From the NCBI GenBank assembly GCA_951406725.2, contig OX597823.1, positions 83,080,001-83,144,000 of the forward strand: 64,000 nucleotides of DNA, written 5' to 3'. This stretch comes from Octopus vulgaris. Its lineage: Eukaryota. Numbering within the stretch: position 1 is the stretch's first letter; each line of letters begins with the position of its first letter. Position numbers and translations under genes: made by a program. This document shows positions 25,530 to 39,382 of the stretch, piece after piece. The notes below the pieces were generated by a model. It did not search any database. It saw only the letters and a program-made list of their open reading frames with translations, and was not told the origin of the DNA.

Positions 25530-25723
25530 TATCGACCACACTGTCGGATGTTGTTATACATCGCTGGTCACAATGCATTTCTCATTGCTTTAGCTTTCGA
25601 ATAACGCCACGCCACACTGACCAATAGGCTGTTCTGTCGCAGGGTTATCCATTTACAGCTGGAACAACAACAAAGAAAGTGTTTTATTCAAGAGCACAAC
25701 GCGCCGCCCGGTCCGGGAATCGA
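25530..25723 (-). mobile_element. SINE, partial head D + tail Z
   Basis: TTTCGATTCCCGGACCGGGCGGCGCGTTGTGCTCTTGA joined to GGCGTTATTCGAAAGCTAAAGCAATG...TGTGACCAGCGATG. Confidence 0.75.
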
Positions 25724-25729
25724 AAGACT

Positions 25730-26090
25730 TGACAGGAATTTCGTAAGTTCCTGTCAATTCTTTTAGGCAGATGTTTGGTACTTATTCATTTCTGGTGTCT
25801 GGACATTTCCAGTTCTTCGTACTATATAGCTGAAGTTGTTTCTCGGATGGATTGATCTGCTATGAGTTCTTTTGCATTATAGTTCTTCTATTCTTATACT
25901 TCTCCGTCTGGTGTCCAACCAGTTGTTCATAATCCTCTTTGTATTGGTGTTACATAGTTTCCATTTTGTTTCTAGCTGTTTGATGGTAAAACCATTTTCC
26001 TTTTGTTCGAGGTAAATTATTGCTGCCTTTGATAACGATAAATACTTTGCAAGTTCACAAGGAATTATTGACTTTGAATATATTTTATGT
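25730..26090 (-). mobile_element. R4/Dong-like RT N-terminal relic
   Basis: Minus-strand TKNWKCPD...VPNICLKELTGTYEI resembles NWK.PG.D.V.NFWLK.LT..H. Confidence 0.5.
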
Positions 26091-26763
26091 TTATAGTCTT
26101 GTATATACGTAATGTCTTTTTAATTTTAATTTTAAATCTAATATTAACTTCAACATGTTTCTTTCCGCTATACATGTATATAATAGAAAAACAAAAATGA
26201 CGAAGAATGAATATAGCACAATTTTATGTACCACTTCGTATCTTAAATCATTGCACGTATGTGGCACCATGTGGAAATCTACGCAATTGATGTATTTTCA
26301 AAACTGATGTATATGCATGTGTATCCATGCATGAGTGAATATTTGTATCCAAGTATAGCCGGGGTATTAGTGTGTTTTTGTGTGCTTTTGTCTTTGCTTG
26401 TGGTTCTTTACATGTGTACTGATTACATCCTTTCTTTACAATAACGAAGAAAAAACTCGAAGTTTCTTGGAGTGCTGTTTAGCATCTACAACGACAATAT
26501 TCTGTCCTTTTACTATACAAATTTCAAGACAAATGTTAAGCTTTAAAAGCGTTGTATAAAGATCTGTCTAAGAAAAGCTAAACAAAACTGAGAAAATGTT
26601 AATCTATACCCTAGCTACAATGTAACCAGAAACTCTTTTGTAAAGATGACAATAAATCAAGTGAAAGACCAGTGTGCAGCAATGTGCATCTTTATTCTGC
26701 ACAAAAGCAAGCACAGACGCAAGCAGTTATCATACATACACAGTATATATATATATATATATA

Positions 26764-26831
<68 letters not shown>

Positions 26832-27655
26832 TGTGTGTATACGTATATATATATATTATGTATGTGTGTGCGGACAGGTAGATATGGATATAGATAATAG
26901 ATATACATATATATATATATATATATATGTATATGTATGCATGTATTATGTATGAATGCATGTATACATAGTTATTCATTTTTTTCGTATATACAAATGA
27001 GACGTCACATCAACGTTCCAATCCATTATATCCATCTATGTATAATTTATTCTCATAACATAACCATTCCTAACCAAACAATGCGATTTCCTATGGCTGC
27101 AGCTCTGAATATTACACAACAGTTTGTCATTGTATCTACTGTATATAATACAACCATAGTTGTTAATGGTTACTGTAGACTTCTTTTCACAAGGTGGAAA
27201 TGTGCCGTGGGTGTGTGATGTTTTGTTAATAGACACTTCACATTTAACCTGTCCTGCATCCATAAATTGATATATCGAATATTTTCTACAATTTGTCCAA
27301 CGAAGGAGCCTCTATGCGATTGTCCTGTCTGCTAGAGATATCAATAAAATCGCTCTCAAATCTGTCACTACCACCTTAATAAGTAAAGGACATATTTGAT
27401 TTATTGGGGAACTTATTTCAAAATATGTTTCTTTTCTTAGAGATGTTAATCTTTGTAATGCGTAAGAAAAACGTTAAAGATGCATATTCTATGCGTCTTC
27501 TTCTTCGGTTTTCGAGTTTTAACCATCAAATTTCTAATCATCCAAGATTTATCTAGAAATAACTATCTCCCTTAGAAAAACGTGCCACCAGGTGACACCA
27601 CGTTTTTCCAACGAGTAGTTTTTAAATATGATAAAAAGATGATACGTTATTAACA

Positions 27656-27890
27656 GGAGGCGCGTGGCTATGTGGTTAGGGTCTCAGTACCATGATCGTA
27701 AGATTGTGGTTTCGATTCCTGGACCGGGCGACGCGTTGCGTTCTTGAGCGAAACACTTCATTTCACGTTGCTCCAGTCCATTCAGCTGGCAAAAATGAGC
27801 AACGTCCAGTTTGGGAATACATACACCATAGAAACCGGGAAACCGGGCCCATGAGCCTGACTAGGCTTTAACGAAGGGCGCATTTATTAT
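27656..27890 (+). mobile_element. tRNA-headed CORE-like SINE, head D + tail Y
   Basis: GGAGGCGCGTGGCT..GTGGTTAGGG...TTCTTGAGCGAAACACTTCATTTCACGTTGCTCCAGTCCA; tail CCCATGAGCCTGACTAGGCTT. Confidence 0.88.
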
Positions 27891-27960
27891 TTCTTATACG
27901 CTGTTAATAATTTGAAACGCATGTATATATATATGTATGTGTGTGTGTGTGTGTGTGTGT

Positions 27961-28299
27961 GTGGCCATGCTGGAGCACCGCATTTTAGTCGAACAAATCG
28001 AACCAAAGACTTATTCTTTGTAAGCTTGGTACTTATTTTATCGATCTTTTACCGAACCGCTAATTTACGGAGACATAAACGCACCAACATCGGTCATCAA
28101 CACAGATAAACACAGACACATAAATATATGTATATACGTCAGGCTTCTTTCAGTTTCCGTCTACCAAATCCACTCCCAAGACTTGATTCTGCCCGAGGCA
28201 ATAGTAGAGGACACTTATCCAAGGTGGAAAGCAGTTGTACGGAACCCAGGATCATGTGGTTGGGGAGCAAGCTTCTTGCCACGCAGCCACGCATGCGCC
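27961..28299 (-). mobile_element. SINE family B
   Basis: Reverse complement of the family B head and tail. Confidence 0.85.
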
Positions 28300-28673
28300 A
28301 TTATGCATATATATATATTTGTGTGTGTGTGTGTGTGTGTGCATTATGTATATATACATATATATATTCAAATTACGATGAACGTAAACAAACAAACGAA
28401 GTTTGCTTTAGAAGAGTTGAGATGTCTTAGAAAGTTAAAGAAGTGATTTTAAATTCTTAAACGCCGGATAATGCCAATAATATAGCCTGAACAGGATAAG
28501 CTACCCCTATTTTGCAAAAAGAAAAAGTGTAAAAAAATCTTTAGCTGGTGAGATTTGAATATTTATATAATTAGCAACTAATTACTGCTGGTCAAGCCAC
28601 AGTGTTAGGACTCCGTCATTAGTACATATGTATAAACTACAAGTCTGTAGGTTTTAAAATTACCATTCCCAAA

Positions 28674-29242
28674 GGCGGAGAGCTGGCAGAAACGTTAGCA
28701 CGCCGGGCGAAATGCGTAGCCGTATTTCGTCTGTCTTTATGTTCTGAGTTCAAATTCCGCCGAGGTTGACTTTGCCTTTCATCTTTTCGGGATCGATTAA
28801 ATAAGTACCAGTTAAGGCACTGGGGTCGATATAATCGACTTAATCCGTTTGTCTGTCCTTGTTTGTCTTCTCTGTGTTTAGCCCCTTGTGGGCAGTAAAG
28901 AAATAGGTATTTCGTTCGTTTTACGTTCAAAGTTCAAATTCCGCTGAGACCAATTTTGCTTTTCATCCTTCTGGTGTCAATAAGATAAGTACCAGTCGAG
29001 TACTGAGGTCGAAGTAACTGGTTTACCCTCATCCTCAAATTTGCTGGCCTCGTGCCAAAATTAGAAATCAATCTTACCATCCGTCCGTGTTTACGCTCTG
29101 AGTTCAAATTCCTTCGAGATCCACTTTGCCTTTCATCATTCTGGGGTCGATAAAATAAGTGCCAGTGGAACACTGTGATCGATGTAATCGACTTACACCC
29201 TCCCCCAAAATTGCCGGTCTTGTGCCGATATTTGAAACCTAT
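28674..29242 (+). mobile_element. SINE family A array: one head plus three bodies, 13-bp TSD
   Basis: ATTACCATTCCCA at 28659-28671 and 29243-29255. The first junction is GAAATA|GGTATTTCG at ~28906. Confidence 0.9.
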
Positions 29243-29539
29243 ATTACCATTCCCATTTCTAATCACTTGATAAATTTAATTGCACCCATTGCCGTCTGTA
29301 CACATTCAATTGATTGTCTTTCCATTTGATTATTTCTACCGAGTTTGATGCCAAATTTACATGGAATTACTAATTCCACTAATGTATTTTTGAGATCCTG
29401 CACAAAAGCAAAATATCTAGAAAATTAAAAGTATTTATTTCAATCATGAAAGAAGTTTTTTTCTTTTTTACTGATTTCATTTGTTGTAAATGGTTTTCAT
29501 TAGATTCACACACACACACACACACACATACACACTTCA

Positions 29540-29603
<64 letters not shown>

Positions 29604-29801
29604 CCTATATATATATATATACCATACATATGTCTTACAAACATACATACATATATATATATATATATGCATATATATATATACATATATATGTATGTAT
29701 CTATGAATATACACACATATATATAAGCGTATATATACATACATATATATATATAGAAGTATATGTATATATATGAATATATATGTATATATATATGAAT
29801 A

Positions 29802-29872
<71 letters not shown>

Positions 29873-29934
29873 ATATTATATATATATGCGTGTATGTATC
29901 TATGTATCTATGTATCTATGTATGTATGTATACT

Positions 29935-29972
<38 letters not shown>

Positions 29973-30114
29973 GTACATCGACAGACAGATAGGCGATTGG
30001 GCTTATCTGAAGGTGAAATTTTTAATTAAAACCATTATTCCTCTCTACCTGAGAGTGTTGACTGCTGATTCGCTCAGTTGTTGACTGAAGTTCCATGTAT
30101 CTATCTTCGTAATA

Positions 30115-30155
<41 letters not shown>

Positions 30156-30572
30156 CACGTGAGTTTGTGTGTGCGTGTGTGACTGTGTATTTTTTACTCT
30201 TTTACTGTCGTTTAGCTTTTCTATCCAGCGGCTCTGCCTATGCTGCGGTAGCGCCATCAACGTGACTTTTAATTTACTTGATTTAAACGACCTTCCCTTG
30301 TTGAAGTTTGATAACGCTGCTCTCATATATGTTTCTTCCCGTGACGTAGACACATCTAGGATGTCAGACAAAATTTCATCGAAGAATTTTTGGTGAACAC
30401 ATGCGTCTCTGTGTCCTGCATATCATTTGTGGTTTCAGCAAAGAATTAAAATTCTTTGGGCCTTTCAGCCAAAAATTTTACTTCATCCAATTGTTACTCT
30501 AGAACAATGTTTCTCAACGAGGTTCCATTTGACTGTTAGAGGTCTATGTATGATTTTGTTGCTAATATTTAT

Positions 30573-30720
30573 GTGCGGCTGTGTGGGAAGTAGCTTGCTT
30601 ACCAACGACATGGTTCCGGGTTTGGTCCCACTGCGTGGCACCTTGGGTAAGTGTCTTCTACTATAGCCTCGGGCCTTGTGAGTGGGTCGAGTCAACGGAA
30701 ACTGAAAGAAGCCCGTCGTA

Positions 30721-30763
<43 letters not shown>

Positions 30764-30970
30764 TTGTGTGTCTGTGTTTGTCCCTCCAACATCGCTTGAC
30801 ATCCTATGCTAGTGTGTGCACGTCCCCGTAAATTAGCGGTTCGGCAAAAAAAAAAGATCGATAGAATAAGTACTAGGCTTACAAAGAATAAGGGGTCGAT
30901 TTGCTCGACTAAAAGGTGGTGTTCCAGCATGGCCGCAGTCAAATGACTGAAACAAGTAAAAGAATAAACG
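30573..30970 (+). mobile_element. SINE family B, near full length
   Basis: Colinear with the 10737 copy. Confidence 0.92.
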
Positions 30971-31039
30971 AAAAAAGAATAAAATAATTTATAATAAAAA
31001 TGCAGTTGAATGGTTTTTGTACACATCAAATGGTTACAT

Positions 31040-32080
31040 GTGTCTTGTAGAGTAAGATAGGAACCAAAATTGTCTATTGGTTTTTAAAAAATGGTTGATT
31101 ACCACTAGTCCAAATGGAAAGAGTGTTGGGTTGTTTGGTACTGCTGTGGCATCCAATTCGAAAGCTGGTATATCTTTGAATCCCAGAATTTAGCTCTAGA
31201 CACTCCTGCATCTCACTTTGAATATAAATACATGTTTTTCACATCTTGGCTCCAGGAAGTAGAACCCAGTTCTTTTGGCCTCACCCAGTGGCTCATCTGT
31301 TGCATTCAGGCAATCTACTCAGTGTAAGAGTGTTTGATTGCCTTAACCTCTGCTGTTAGTTTGCCGCTGTATGGTAACCATAATTGGGAACGTTAGTCAA
31401 AGCGACTGAGAACAAACGTTCTGAAAAGAACCAATATGTTTTCTTTTTCCTTCGTACTCAATGATTTCAGAATCTAGCCAGCCACTTGGTTGCACTTTAT
31501 TGACATCTCAGTACCGTGCACATGGAATAAGGCATCATTGCTCACATTAATTCTTAGAATACTGTTTGTGACAGAAAAATTATAATATCTGATGATCTTG
31601 TGTATTCTGGTTGTGATTTGTTTGTTGGGTTGTAGCGGTAAGTTCCAAATTGTCCAACACCGAACTGAATCTCCTTTTCTTCAACCCTCTAACATACTGT
31701 GTTTGATTCTCGCGAAAATGTTTATATTTTCAAAATTCTTGACTCTCTGTGATAAGTTTGTAACATGAGCGCTGCTGTTACAAGTGGCTGACTACGACCG
31801 AAGGCTTGCCTGAGAGAAACCTCCACAAACGGCAGTCGTCCCAGCACATGAGAGGCAGCACATAGAGTTGATGTTTTCTTGCAGAAACCACTGCCGGCTA
31901 CAAATGTCTTTGAAAACTTCATACAGCCATTCTCCTGGTTTACCGATTTTTCCAAAAACCATGCAGTTTGTGATATATCATCTGTGATCACTTTATCGAA
32001 GGCCGTCGCATAGTTGAAGTCTATCATATCTACATTTGAATGCTTGAATTGCAGCTTAAATATCAAGTCGTATAGTATGA
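31040..32080 (-). mobile_element. CR1/L2-group LINE reverse transcriptase relic
   Basis: SNVDMIDFNYATAFDKV (cf. VD.IYLDF.KAFDKV) and HVLGRLPFV (cf. GTVLGPLLF), followed by downstream GW...LVLFRTFVLS and ..PYS blocks. Many stops and frameshifts. Confidence 0.82.
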
Positions 32081-32738
32081 GATATGTTAGATTATTTCGA
32101 TGTGGTAGTGACCCTAGTTTTATATATCTAATGTTTTAAGTATTTTGTTGTTAACCCATACATGGGATTTATAAATGGGCAAAATATTTGAGTGTAAATA
32201 AGGAGTGATTTATTGTTTCCATTTTCTACATCAAAACAATGAGATCTTTCGTGGTGTTAACAATCAATATGATTGAGTGATTGTTTTCATAGTCATTTTA
32301 ATCATTTCTGACAAGATGACCGAGTGCTCAATTGTAATTAAATTTTGAAATATCAACAAAATAGATTAAATTTCTGCAATTGGTGCTTTCAGATACAGCA
32401 ATAAGACACAATGGTTGCACATGAAATGTCGGAAATTAAACATGAAAGTTGTCCATTAGAACATAAGAACAGTTTTTGCGAAGCATTGGGGCGAGAATTG
32501 GAAGCTAGCTTTGCAACCATATGGTTTCGGATTCAGCTCAACAACGCGGCACCTTGAACAAATGTACTCTACCGAAACCTAAGAATGACCAATGTCGTGT
32601 GAGTGAAGTTGATAGTTGTATGTGTGCATGCTTATATGCATATATATGCGCATATATGCATATATATGTGTATGTATACATATATACATACATATGATAT
32701 ATACAGGGTGTATATCAATCTATCTATATATCTCTATG

Positions 32739-32772
<34 letters not shown>

Positions 32773-32871
32773 TGTATGTATGTATGTATATATATATATA
32801 TGTATGTGTATATATATATATATATATATGCGTGTGTGTGTGTGTGTGTAGTTGAAATTTGCAGAAAAATA

Positions 32872-32902
<31 letters not shown>

Positions 32903-33121
32903 CACATACATATATATATATGTAAATTTGCAAAAAAATAATATATATATAATTTATATTCAGATGAATATGGTACTAAAGTTGAAGCACCAGAAGTTAG
33001 TTCGGTATTATCCATACAATTTCAAAGTAAGGTGATTAAAATCATAATGAGCTACAAGGATATACAGATTACCTCTGGATATCTTTGTTGCTTATTTTGA
33101 TATATCTTTTTTCTCACTCTC

Positions 33122-33193
33122 TCTCTTTTACTTGTTTCAGTCATTTGACTGCGGCCATGTTGGAGCACCGCCTTTACTCGAACACACATACGT

Positions 33194-33226
<33 letters not shown>

Positions 33227-33384
33227 CGGGCTTCTTTCAGTTTCCGTCTACCAAATCCACTCACAAAGCTTTGGTCGACCCAAGGCTATAGTAGAAGACA
33301 CTTGCCCAAGGTGCCACGCAGTGGGAATGTACCCGGAACCATTTGACTGGTAAGCAAGCTACTTACCACACAGCCACTCCTGCG

Positions 33385-33387
<3 letters not shown>
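33122..33387 (-). mobile_element. SINE family B with internal deletion
   Basis: Intact head GGCGCAGGAGTGGCTGTGTGGTAAGTAGC and intact tail; the middle segment is missing. Confidence 0.9.
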
Positions 33388-33430
<43 letters not shown>

Positions 33431-33434
33431 ACGC

Positions 33435-33531
<97 letters not shown>

Positions 33532-34067
33532 CAGATGTGTATGTGTTTTTTTGTTTTTATGTTTCTGCTGTCTTTTCACTCTATGTCATTGGACATATAT
33601 ATGTTAACTTCATCAGCCATACCCTTTCCTTCAGGCTTGATGTACTTTGGAAGAGAGTATTATTTTTGTAGCTTTCTTTCTTCTTTGCTGATTGTTTCAA
33701 CCGCGGCTTGGAGCTCCGTCTATTCTTACAAATATTTATTTGACTCATACAAAGAAACTCTCTTCAAAAATCGATGGAATGATGACTGAGAACCATAGAC
33801 TCGGACTTGGTTGTGTAGCTTTTGACGTGAACAAAATTGCACTTCCTTCAAAACGATCCCATACCACATAAAATCAAGCATCTTGAATCATGTAATGCGA
33901 CGTATTACTTAAACCAAACTCTCGAACCATGTCAGGGTCGAATGTATAAGACAAATATCCAATTCGCCACCAATCATCTCTGCCATCCGTAATAAATATT
34001 CAAACTGATTAATCATACTAGGAAACTGGTTTATGACGTTAGCTAGATCTGTTTGGATAGATATGAT

Positions 34068-34100
<33 letters not shown>

Positions 34101-34639
34101 GATAGGATAGATAGATAGCATGGACAGTTCTTGGCATAATTTCCCTGAACCCTTTTGCCAAAGATCGAATACTATGGCGACAACTACCCCATGTTAATGC
34201 GCATTCTGCAGTCTGTGGAGATAACGGGAATTGATTGATTGTTCCTCATCCACCATTTGACAACTGGTGCTGGTTTGTTTACACCTCCAAATTTTAGCGG
34301 TTTGGCAAATGAGTCCGATAGAATAAGCACCAGACTAAAGATTGAAGTAAGTAAAATATAAATAATAAGTTATTTCTGCAAATTTAAATACGTTTCAATG
34401 CCGTGATGAGGAATAAAAAACTGAAATTCTAACCAAACTCATTCTTGCGAAAGAAATCATATCCTACAAACATCTATTTTATAATCAAAGCCTATGTATT
34501 CATGCATTTCCACAACTTCCAAATTAATCCTAATATTTCGAATGTTACTATAGAATTTTTTTTCGTATAGCAACCACCGCAAATTACCCCAAGCTTTGAT
34601 TATTCTTGACACATCCGTCCACCATTTCAAAACACATAA

Positions 34640-35080
34640 GGCTGCACCTAAAATTGAGGATTGTTACTTATTAGATTATATTAATCGTCCTTAACGGGAC
34701 AGAAACTTGGACAATGTTCAGAGCAACAGGGAAGAAGACAGATGCGTTTGAGGTTTGGGATTTTCGTAGATTTGGTACAATAAGCTGGAAAGATGATAAC
34801 AAACGCCGCTGCACGAGAAAACCTGAAAGTCTAAAGGCACTTAAAGTCACGAATCATTTCCACAAAGCTGTCTTATTCTGGACATACAATGCATTACGGG
34901 TCATCCTGACAAGGTATGCAGAGTGAGAGAGAGCAGGAAAGCATCGAAAACGTTTATGAATGGACAACTCCAAAGAATGGATCGGAAATATGAGGTTGGC
35001 TGATTGTAGGCCTGCAACACAACACATGGAAAAGAGGGTCTTGGCAAGCTTGAACGCAGGGAAGAAACATGGTTGATGAC
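34640..35080 (+). mobile_element. RTE-clade LINE 3' relic
   Basis: VLNGTETWTMFRATGKKTDAFEVWDFRRFGTISWKD...KLSYSGHTM...MDNSKEW. Confidence 0.82.
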
Positions 35081-36021
35081 GATAAAATGTTTAAGCCAAT
35101 TTTAGAAATGTTGGTTTAACTATAAATCTATTTAATATTCAACGAATTTTGACATCGAATGAAACTTTCTCACATCATTTTTTAAATAAAATATACCTGC
35201 AACGATATGTAAAATTGTATGAAAATTAAATATAAATGCATTGCCTGTGGTAGGTACAGGGGTTAAATAAAGTTGGAAATATATTTACTAACGTTCTCAT
35301 ATAAACATCTTATCGGACCATATTATCATAACGATTTTCATTAAAACCCAAGAAAGGTTTCCTGGCGTGTTTGACCGTTTATATATTTATGACAAAATTA
35401 AAACGTTCCAGTTTTCGAGAAAATCTCATCACCATTTTGTTTTATTTTCTTTTTTGTTTTTTGTTTTTCGGAATATATAATGGAAAATCGAAAAGTAATT
35501 TTGACTTAAATTTAATATAAAATTAAGAAACAAAGTAGTCTAGTGGTTCTTGTCGAGGAAAAGATGAGAGAATTTCATTTCGCCAATTCTAATTGATAAA
35601 ATAAAATTGTAGAGAGCAACGACTCGCGTTAAACTCAACAGGTGAGAACATAAATAATCAGAAATTGATGCTAAGATATATACAATATTCCTGTATAAGA
35701 AATAAAACAAACATCAAATTCCTCAGTTATAAATTTGAAAACGACAGAATTATAGCGAAAGGAAAGGATATAGAAGCAAATAACGCAACATAGGTGACTC
35801 ACATCATCTTGACAACGTCCATAGGTTAATTAAATATCTAGCACGCAAAGAATGCATAAAATTTTTCAGCACGCGCGCACACATTCCCATTATACATATA
35901 TAAATACATTATACAAAGAAATACATATGCACACATTATAGATATAAATACATATATAAAGCCCACATAATATTTTATTATAATTGCTATATACACACAC
36001 ACTCAAAATAAATACATATAG

Positions 36022-36086
<65 letters not shown>

Positions 36087-36120
36087 TAGATAGATAGATG
36101 AGATAGAGCGATAGATAGAC

Positions 36121-36258
<138 letters not shown>

Positions 36259-36645
36259 TCAACTCGCGAATAAATGAAGTGCGTAACTTCCTATAAATAA
36301 TGAAAAGTTACTATTGATATCGGAAAGAAATTTGTATTATCTCCTACCGTTGATGACCGATGTCTAATAAAACGAATTAATACTAAAGGAGCCCAAATTG
36401 TAATTAAGTATTTATGGAAATCATGTACGATACTTTTCGTAAGCACATATTTAGTATTGCATTCAAAATGCCACCAAGGGATAAATTGCAGAAGTATAGC
36501 CATCATGATTAATGACCAAACTACTACTTTCATTTATCTCATGCATAAACACATACATACATACATACATACATACATACATACATACATACATACATAC
36601 ATACATACATACATACATACATACATACATACATACATACACACA

Positions 36646-36680
<35 letters not shown>

Positions 36681-36684
<4 letters not shown>

Positions 36685-36983
36685 TAGAAAAAAGCCCACC
36701 TCTTATCAATTCAATAATGAAAAATTAAATTACACCATCAGGAAAATTACCTATTATAGAAAAATTAAATATAAGATAAAAATATAACGATGGTTAAGCA
36801 ATGTACAAAATAATAAATAAAACGTATATATTTGGTTACGTTTTATTTATTATATTGTACATTACTTAATCATCGTTATATTTTTTATCTTATATTTAAT
36901 TTTTCTATAATATATAATTTTCTAGATGGTATAATTTAATTTTTCATTACTGAATTGATAAAAGGTGGGTTTTTTTCTAATTT
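36681..36983. repeat. Long palindrome (~146-bp arms, 10-nt loop) inside (TA)n
   Basis: 36681-36826 is the near reverse complement of 36837-36983. Confidence 0.93.
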
Positions 36984-37063
36984 ATATATATATATTATAT
37001 TTTGTGACATTTGATTTAGTATTTCTAAATTAAATTTTTCCTGTAAGTTTGGAATAATATTCC

Positions 37064-37118
<55 letters not shown>

Positions 37119-37176
37119 TGTTGTGTCTGGGGAGAGTCATTTTCATTTTGTGCCTTATAATTTAACACACGGGCAA

Positions 37177-37545
37177 AATTTCAGTCATTAGGCTACAGCC
37201 ATGCTGGAGCAACTCCTTGAAGGTATTACTGGAACGAATCGACGGCAGTACGGATTTTTAGAACCGGGTGCTTATTCTGTCGGTCTCTTTTGCTAAATAA
37301 ATCAATAGCTGGCCGTGGTGGGACAAACACAAAGACACACACGCACGCACAGACAGACACACACACACACACACTCGCAAACGCATACACATACACACAC
37401 AAGATGGGTTTCTTTCAATTTCAGTCTACCAATTCTACTTACAGGGCTTTGGTCGACCCGATGTTGTAGTAGAAGATACTTGCCCAAGGTGCTGTGCATT
37501 GCGAATGAACCCGGAACCACGTTACTATAAAGCAAAATTCCTACA
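37177..37545 (-). mobile_element. SINE family B (diverged)
   Basis: GCCATGCTGGAGC...TAGTAGAAGATACTTGCCCAAGGTGC. Confidence 0.8.
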
Positions 37546-38779
37546 TACACACACGCACAAATATAGATTTACATGTAAATATCTGTGTGTGTGTATTTGC
37601 GTGTGTGTATGTGCGCGCATGTGTGAGTGCGTACACATATACATATACATGCATACATACATTTATTTATTCGTCAGTCTTCCAGATTATGGAGCGCGTC
37701 TGTCGAAGAGGATAAAGAGCACTTTCCCAAAATTATGTGAAGTCCAATATTCGATGAACAATTGTGACTGCAGTTATTCCACACAGACGCGCGCGCAAAC
37801 ACAAGGCCAGATACATAAGACACACAATGTGTACGCATCTCCGAATAATTGAAAAGAATAACTATATACAGGTAAGTATATGTGTGCGTATATGTTATAT
37901 ATATATATGTTTATGTATATGTGTATGTGTGCATATGCATATATATATATACGTATGTATATATGTATATGGATATTTATATATATATGTATATATATAT
38001 ACATATATATACATATACATATATGTATATATACATATATATATGTGTGTGTATATATACACATATATACATATATATATATATATGTGTGTGTGTGTGT
38101 ACGTATATATGCTTTTATATTCATATATGTATATATATATATATATGTATATATTTATATAAGCATATTTATTTATGTACGCACGTATGTGTGTGTGTGT
38201 ACGTATGTATGTATGCATGTATGTATGTATGTATGTTTGTATGTATGTATGTATGTATGTATGTATATATGTATGCGTATGTAAGCATGTATGCACATTG
38301 AATATTCACGCTTCGCATTGTGTTTGGTGTAATGTAAATAATTATGCCGATATGTCTGCGTCTATGAAAAGATGTTTATGTATTGCTCGATCTGTCTGAT
38401 CATGTATATATGCATGTCTATGTTGGTGTAATACTATGCTTTAATGTATATGGATGTGTAGATAAAAGGGAGTTGTATAAAAGAAACCTATAATTACCTT
38501 TAATAGTTGATTTGTTTCCGGTATTTTCTCTATGACATGCTTTAATCTTGGTCTTTATTGTGTCGAGTTTACTTTTCCATCGAGCAAATCGATTTACCAA
38601 AGAGAATCATAGGAACTTGAATAAAGAAAGCAGTCTGGCTACACGAACATTACATTCTGTCTCTGAACGTAGGCACCGATGTTTTAGGAAAGAATAAACG
38701 AGATGCAACATCATTTGTGAAATTTATTCATAATGGCAGCTAACGAGAGTCAAACTGCTCCCAATTTTGGATTGTATGT

Positions 38780-39265
38780 ATTTGTGTGTGTGTGTTTTTG
38801 TATGCGTGTTTGTGTGTGTGTGTGTGTATGTGTGTGTGTGTGTATGTGTGTGTGTGAGTGCGTGCGTGTATGTGTGTGCGTGTGTGTGTGAGTGCTTGTC
38901 CCCACCACCCCTTGTTGTTGTTGTTGTTGTTGTTGTTAAGCAACAAGACGGGTAAAGGTGATTAGGTGATGGTCTAGGTCTTAGGGGCGGGAGACCCCAG
39001 ACCTTGGAAAAAAAAACCTTTGGTCGTCTTGTTGTAGTCGAGGGCTCTTCGTTGACGCCCGACACCACTGGGAGGTGGCCCTCGAAGTCGCTCGAAATGG
39101 TGATCTCCGGTTCCAAATTATTGAACGGCCCCAGCACCCCTTGACAAGCGGTGTCTTTTAGTATCCATCCCTGTATTGTAGCGGTTCAGCAAAAAGAGCC
39201 CGACAAATTAAGCAGCAGGCTTTGCATGGCCGCCGTCTAATGAATGAAACAGGTGGAGAGTAAAG
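38780..39265 (+). mobile_element. 3' part of a SINE family B copy, interrupted by an insertion
   Basis: TTGTCCCCACCACCCCTTG|ACAAGCGGTG...GCGGTTCAGCAAAAAGAG...GCATGGCCGC. Confidence 0.75.
38915..39128 (-). mobile_element. 5'-truncated retro-insertion with an (AAC)n tail and a 15-bp TSD
   Basis: CCCCA(C/G)CACCCCTTG at 38900-38914 and 39129-39143. GC-rich body; (TTG)n at the left end. Confidence 0.8.
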
Positions 39266-39299
39266 ACGCGCGCGCGCAAATACACACAAACACACACAA

Positions 39300-39382
<83 letters not shown>

